From the NCBI GenBank assembly GCA_976226885.1, contig OZ320316.1, positions 63,860,001 to 63,924,000 of the forward strand: a stretch of 64,000 bases of DNA. Reading direction: 5' to 3'. The number at the start of each line of letters is the position of its first letter. Position 1 is the first letter of the stretch. The position numbers and the translations under genes were made by a program. The notes below the pieces were generated by a model. It was given only the letters and a program-made list of their open reading frames with translations. It did not search any database and was not told the DNA's origin. Source of the DNA: Iphione sp. A-MEVVRFRX5 (taxonomy: Eukaryota). Of this stretch, positions 61,495-64,000 are shown piece after piece.

Positions 61495-64000
61495 AAGAAC
61501 CGTGTTATGCTGTGCATTTAGGCTCCTGTTGGTACACTTCTCAGCTCGTCTGGTGTGTGATAGGGTTGTTTTTAGAAAAGGAACTTCGTATATGTGTCTA
61601 TGTGCTTCCATCGCACTTTCATGTTGAGGTTTTGGCACCAGAGGTATATGAAATTGATATGACGCAATATCCCATTTGTAACTCAAGCAGTCATGTTATT
61701 CCTATGATATTTTCGATCGCGGTTTCTCGACTGCAAAAACTCCATCGATCGTGTTAGCATTTTAAGACTAACCTTTCTCCGTTACATCCCACTAAAAATA
61801 CTGAATCATTTACAACCTTTTGAAAAAATATCCAGACGTTTTCTTATTAAAGAGATTAACATGCACATTTAATCGAATGAAATTATGAAAATACTTATTT
61901 TAAGGGCAATAAGCCGCGCCGGGAAAAGGCCAAATGGACAGATTCTTGTAAAAGAAAAGGCTTCGACGTACCGTGGCTCTGCTCAGAACTCGTACTTCAA
62001 ATGCATATTAAAAAAGTGAGTTCAAAAGGCCAGTGCGGTAGAACAGGCTGGCAGTGGAGGATATTAGCCGCCTGGCGTTTCTTGATGTATGCTCGGCTGC
62101 TAGGGGCAGCAGTGACCGTCAGTGGACACGCGGGCCCTGGCGGGGTCTTATGGTCTGCAGACGGGATTTGACTTACCGCCAATAGGTCCTCGACCTGCTA
62201 GCCCCATCACTTGCTGTCGCGCTCCAGTAGGGCCTGACCCTGGAGGAACAGACCACCAGCACAAGGACCTCGGCATACTCTTCCTGTGCCTCTCCTCACC
62301 CTGAGGTATTGGCACTTTGTAAATACATGTATTGCCTTCTTACCCAGACGATTCTTTTCTGAATAATTGATCTTTATTGCTTATCGAAATCCTATGCGCA
62401 CCGCATTGTGTGCACCAGCAAAAATACATTTAAAATGGAAATTCATGGTCTAATCAATCATATACCGGTACACAATGATATATACGAGTATAGCGTTTCT
62501 TACTGCATGGTTAAATCTTAAAGATATGAGATCCAATAGTGTACCTATGTACCTACCATACTATCCAGTCTAGAAGGAATGCAGAGCCCTCATATTCCTA
62601 TTAAGTATACTTTAAGATTTCAGACTTGATTTGCCCTTTGAAATACCGCCGTTTCCTCTGCAATTCGTCCACAACAAATACAGCCGGCGTTGGCTACCGA
62701 AACGGACAGTCGGACAAATAACAGAGGGCATAGGCAAGCAGTACTAGGAGAAGGCAAAAAGGTGCAATCTTTCTGAAAGCCAGACAGGTGGGCAGGAGAT
62801 AGTGGCGGCGGTCGGTTATCAATCACCTGAAGGCTGTGCCTGTCACAAAGGTTCTGTTGGTTCTGGATTCCTCAGAGAATAGACGGAGCCAACTATACAG
62901 GGTCGGCCCCAAGGCGAGTATAGTGGGCGCGCTGGGGGCCCGAGAGAGGGGTAAAAGGGTTCAGACGGGCAGACTAACTGATCAGTGGCAAGCCTGGGCG
63001 CACACCGTAAACAAAGGCGGCGCTAGTCAACGTTTAGATGAGCGCCGCTTGTGTCCAGCCCTTTGCAGTGGCAAACAGAGACAGCATGATCTAATGATCA
63101 TCATCGAAGCCCTGGAGTCCCCAAGGAGCTGGCTCGGCCGCGCTGGAAATAATGAAGTGACGATGACTCCTTATTATAAGAACTAATGCCGCTCCGCCTC
63201 TGGTATGATCTATCAAAGTCAGCCCCCGCCGCCGAAAGTATCTAACTTCATTTGTAGCCGGCCTTGCCACCATTTCGGGCACAATTTATCTAGGTTACCT
63301 CGCTCTTTAAACAAATCTCCTGGATGTCTGGTCGGCCGCCGTTCTGAGCAGGGATTTCCCTGGGACTAGGTAGCGCACCGCTTCCAGAATCAAATCAAAT
63401 TAGTCAATAAGAACGGGCATATATATTAACTGCGCTCTTATCGATTAATTTCTACGATTCAATTGGACACATTTGTTGTAGGGATACCGCTTCCCGTGCA
63501 AGTGGCCCTCCTTATTTGTGTCACCTTTGATAAGTACCAGGACGAAGTACACGTGTATGGAACTTGATAGGCTGAAGAGTGAAGGACTCGCTTTTAGCGA
63601 CTAACTTCCTCAGTATTTTTTTAACTAATTTCCGGGAAAGGGAGAAATGATGCAAATTACCGCTTATCATTAAAATCTTACCTCAACTACTGCGTTCTAC
63701 TCTTAGGGCTGATTTCCTTACCTCCGTCGGTGTCTGTGCATTGTGGGTCCATTTGAGTCTGTTTTTATTGAAACCATGATATCTATTGTAAGGTGTCAAT
63801 TGTGTCCATGTGTGGTAGTGTCTGTTTTGTGTCTGTTGCTCAATACGTGTCCCAGACCAATAATTTAATGCACACGGACACCAAATGGACAGTAGTATAC
63901 AGAAGATAGTCTTTGAATCAGGAAAAAAGGGTGAGTAAACATGCACATTAACTTACTGCACATTTATCCACACTTTCTCCCTGAAATGTGCAATTTTTTG

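Overview
Eukaryotic genomic DNA. It is most consistent with an invertebrate deuterostome such as amphioxus, inferred from the recurrent ACATGTACATGT motif, the finely split cadherin exons and the MITE types. The only supportable protein-coding sequence is two consecutive minus-strand exons of a FAT1/2/3-type (Fat-like) atypical cadherin: a 315-nt exon at 57354-57040 and a 62-nt exon at 1228-1167. They splice in phase through the Gly codon of HPTTG|LITTT, so about 87% of the window is one intron of about 55.8 kb (nominal; it includes a 135-N gap). The intron carries a few non-autonomous DNA transposons (two PIF/Harbinger-like MITE families and one TA-flanked Tc1/mariner-like element with internal minisatellites), a possible eroded LINE RT remnant, microsatellites and many GC/CpG-rich, enhancer-like islands. 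The most striking signal is a textbook recursive-splicing site near the middle of the intron (branch point, polypyrimidine tract, AG|GTATGT, then a 52-nt poison RS-exon). There are weaker sister candidates, an equally canonical site on the antisense strand, and an oriented set of CTCF-like motifs. All other ORFs in the track look spurious.
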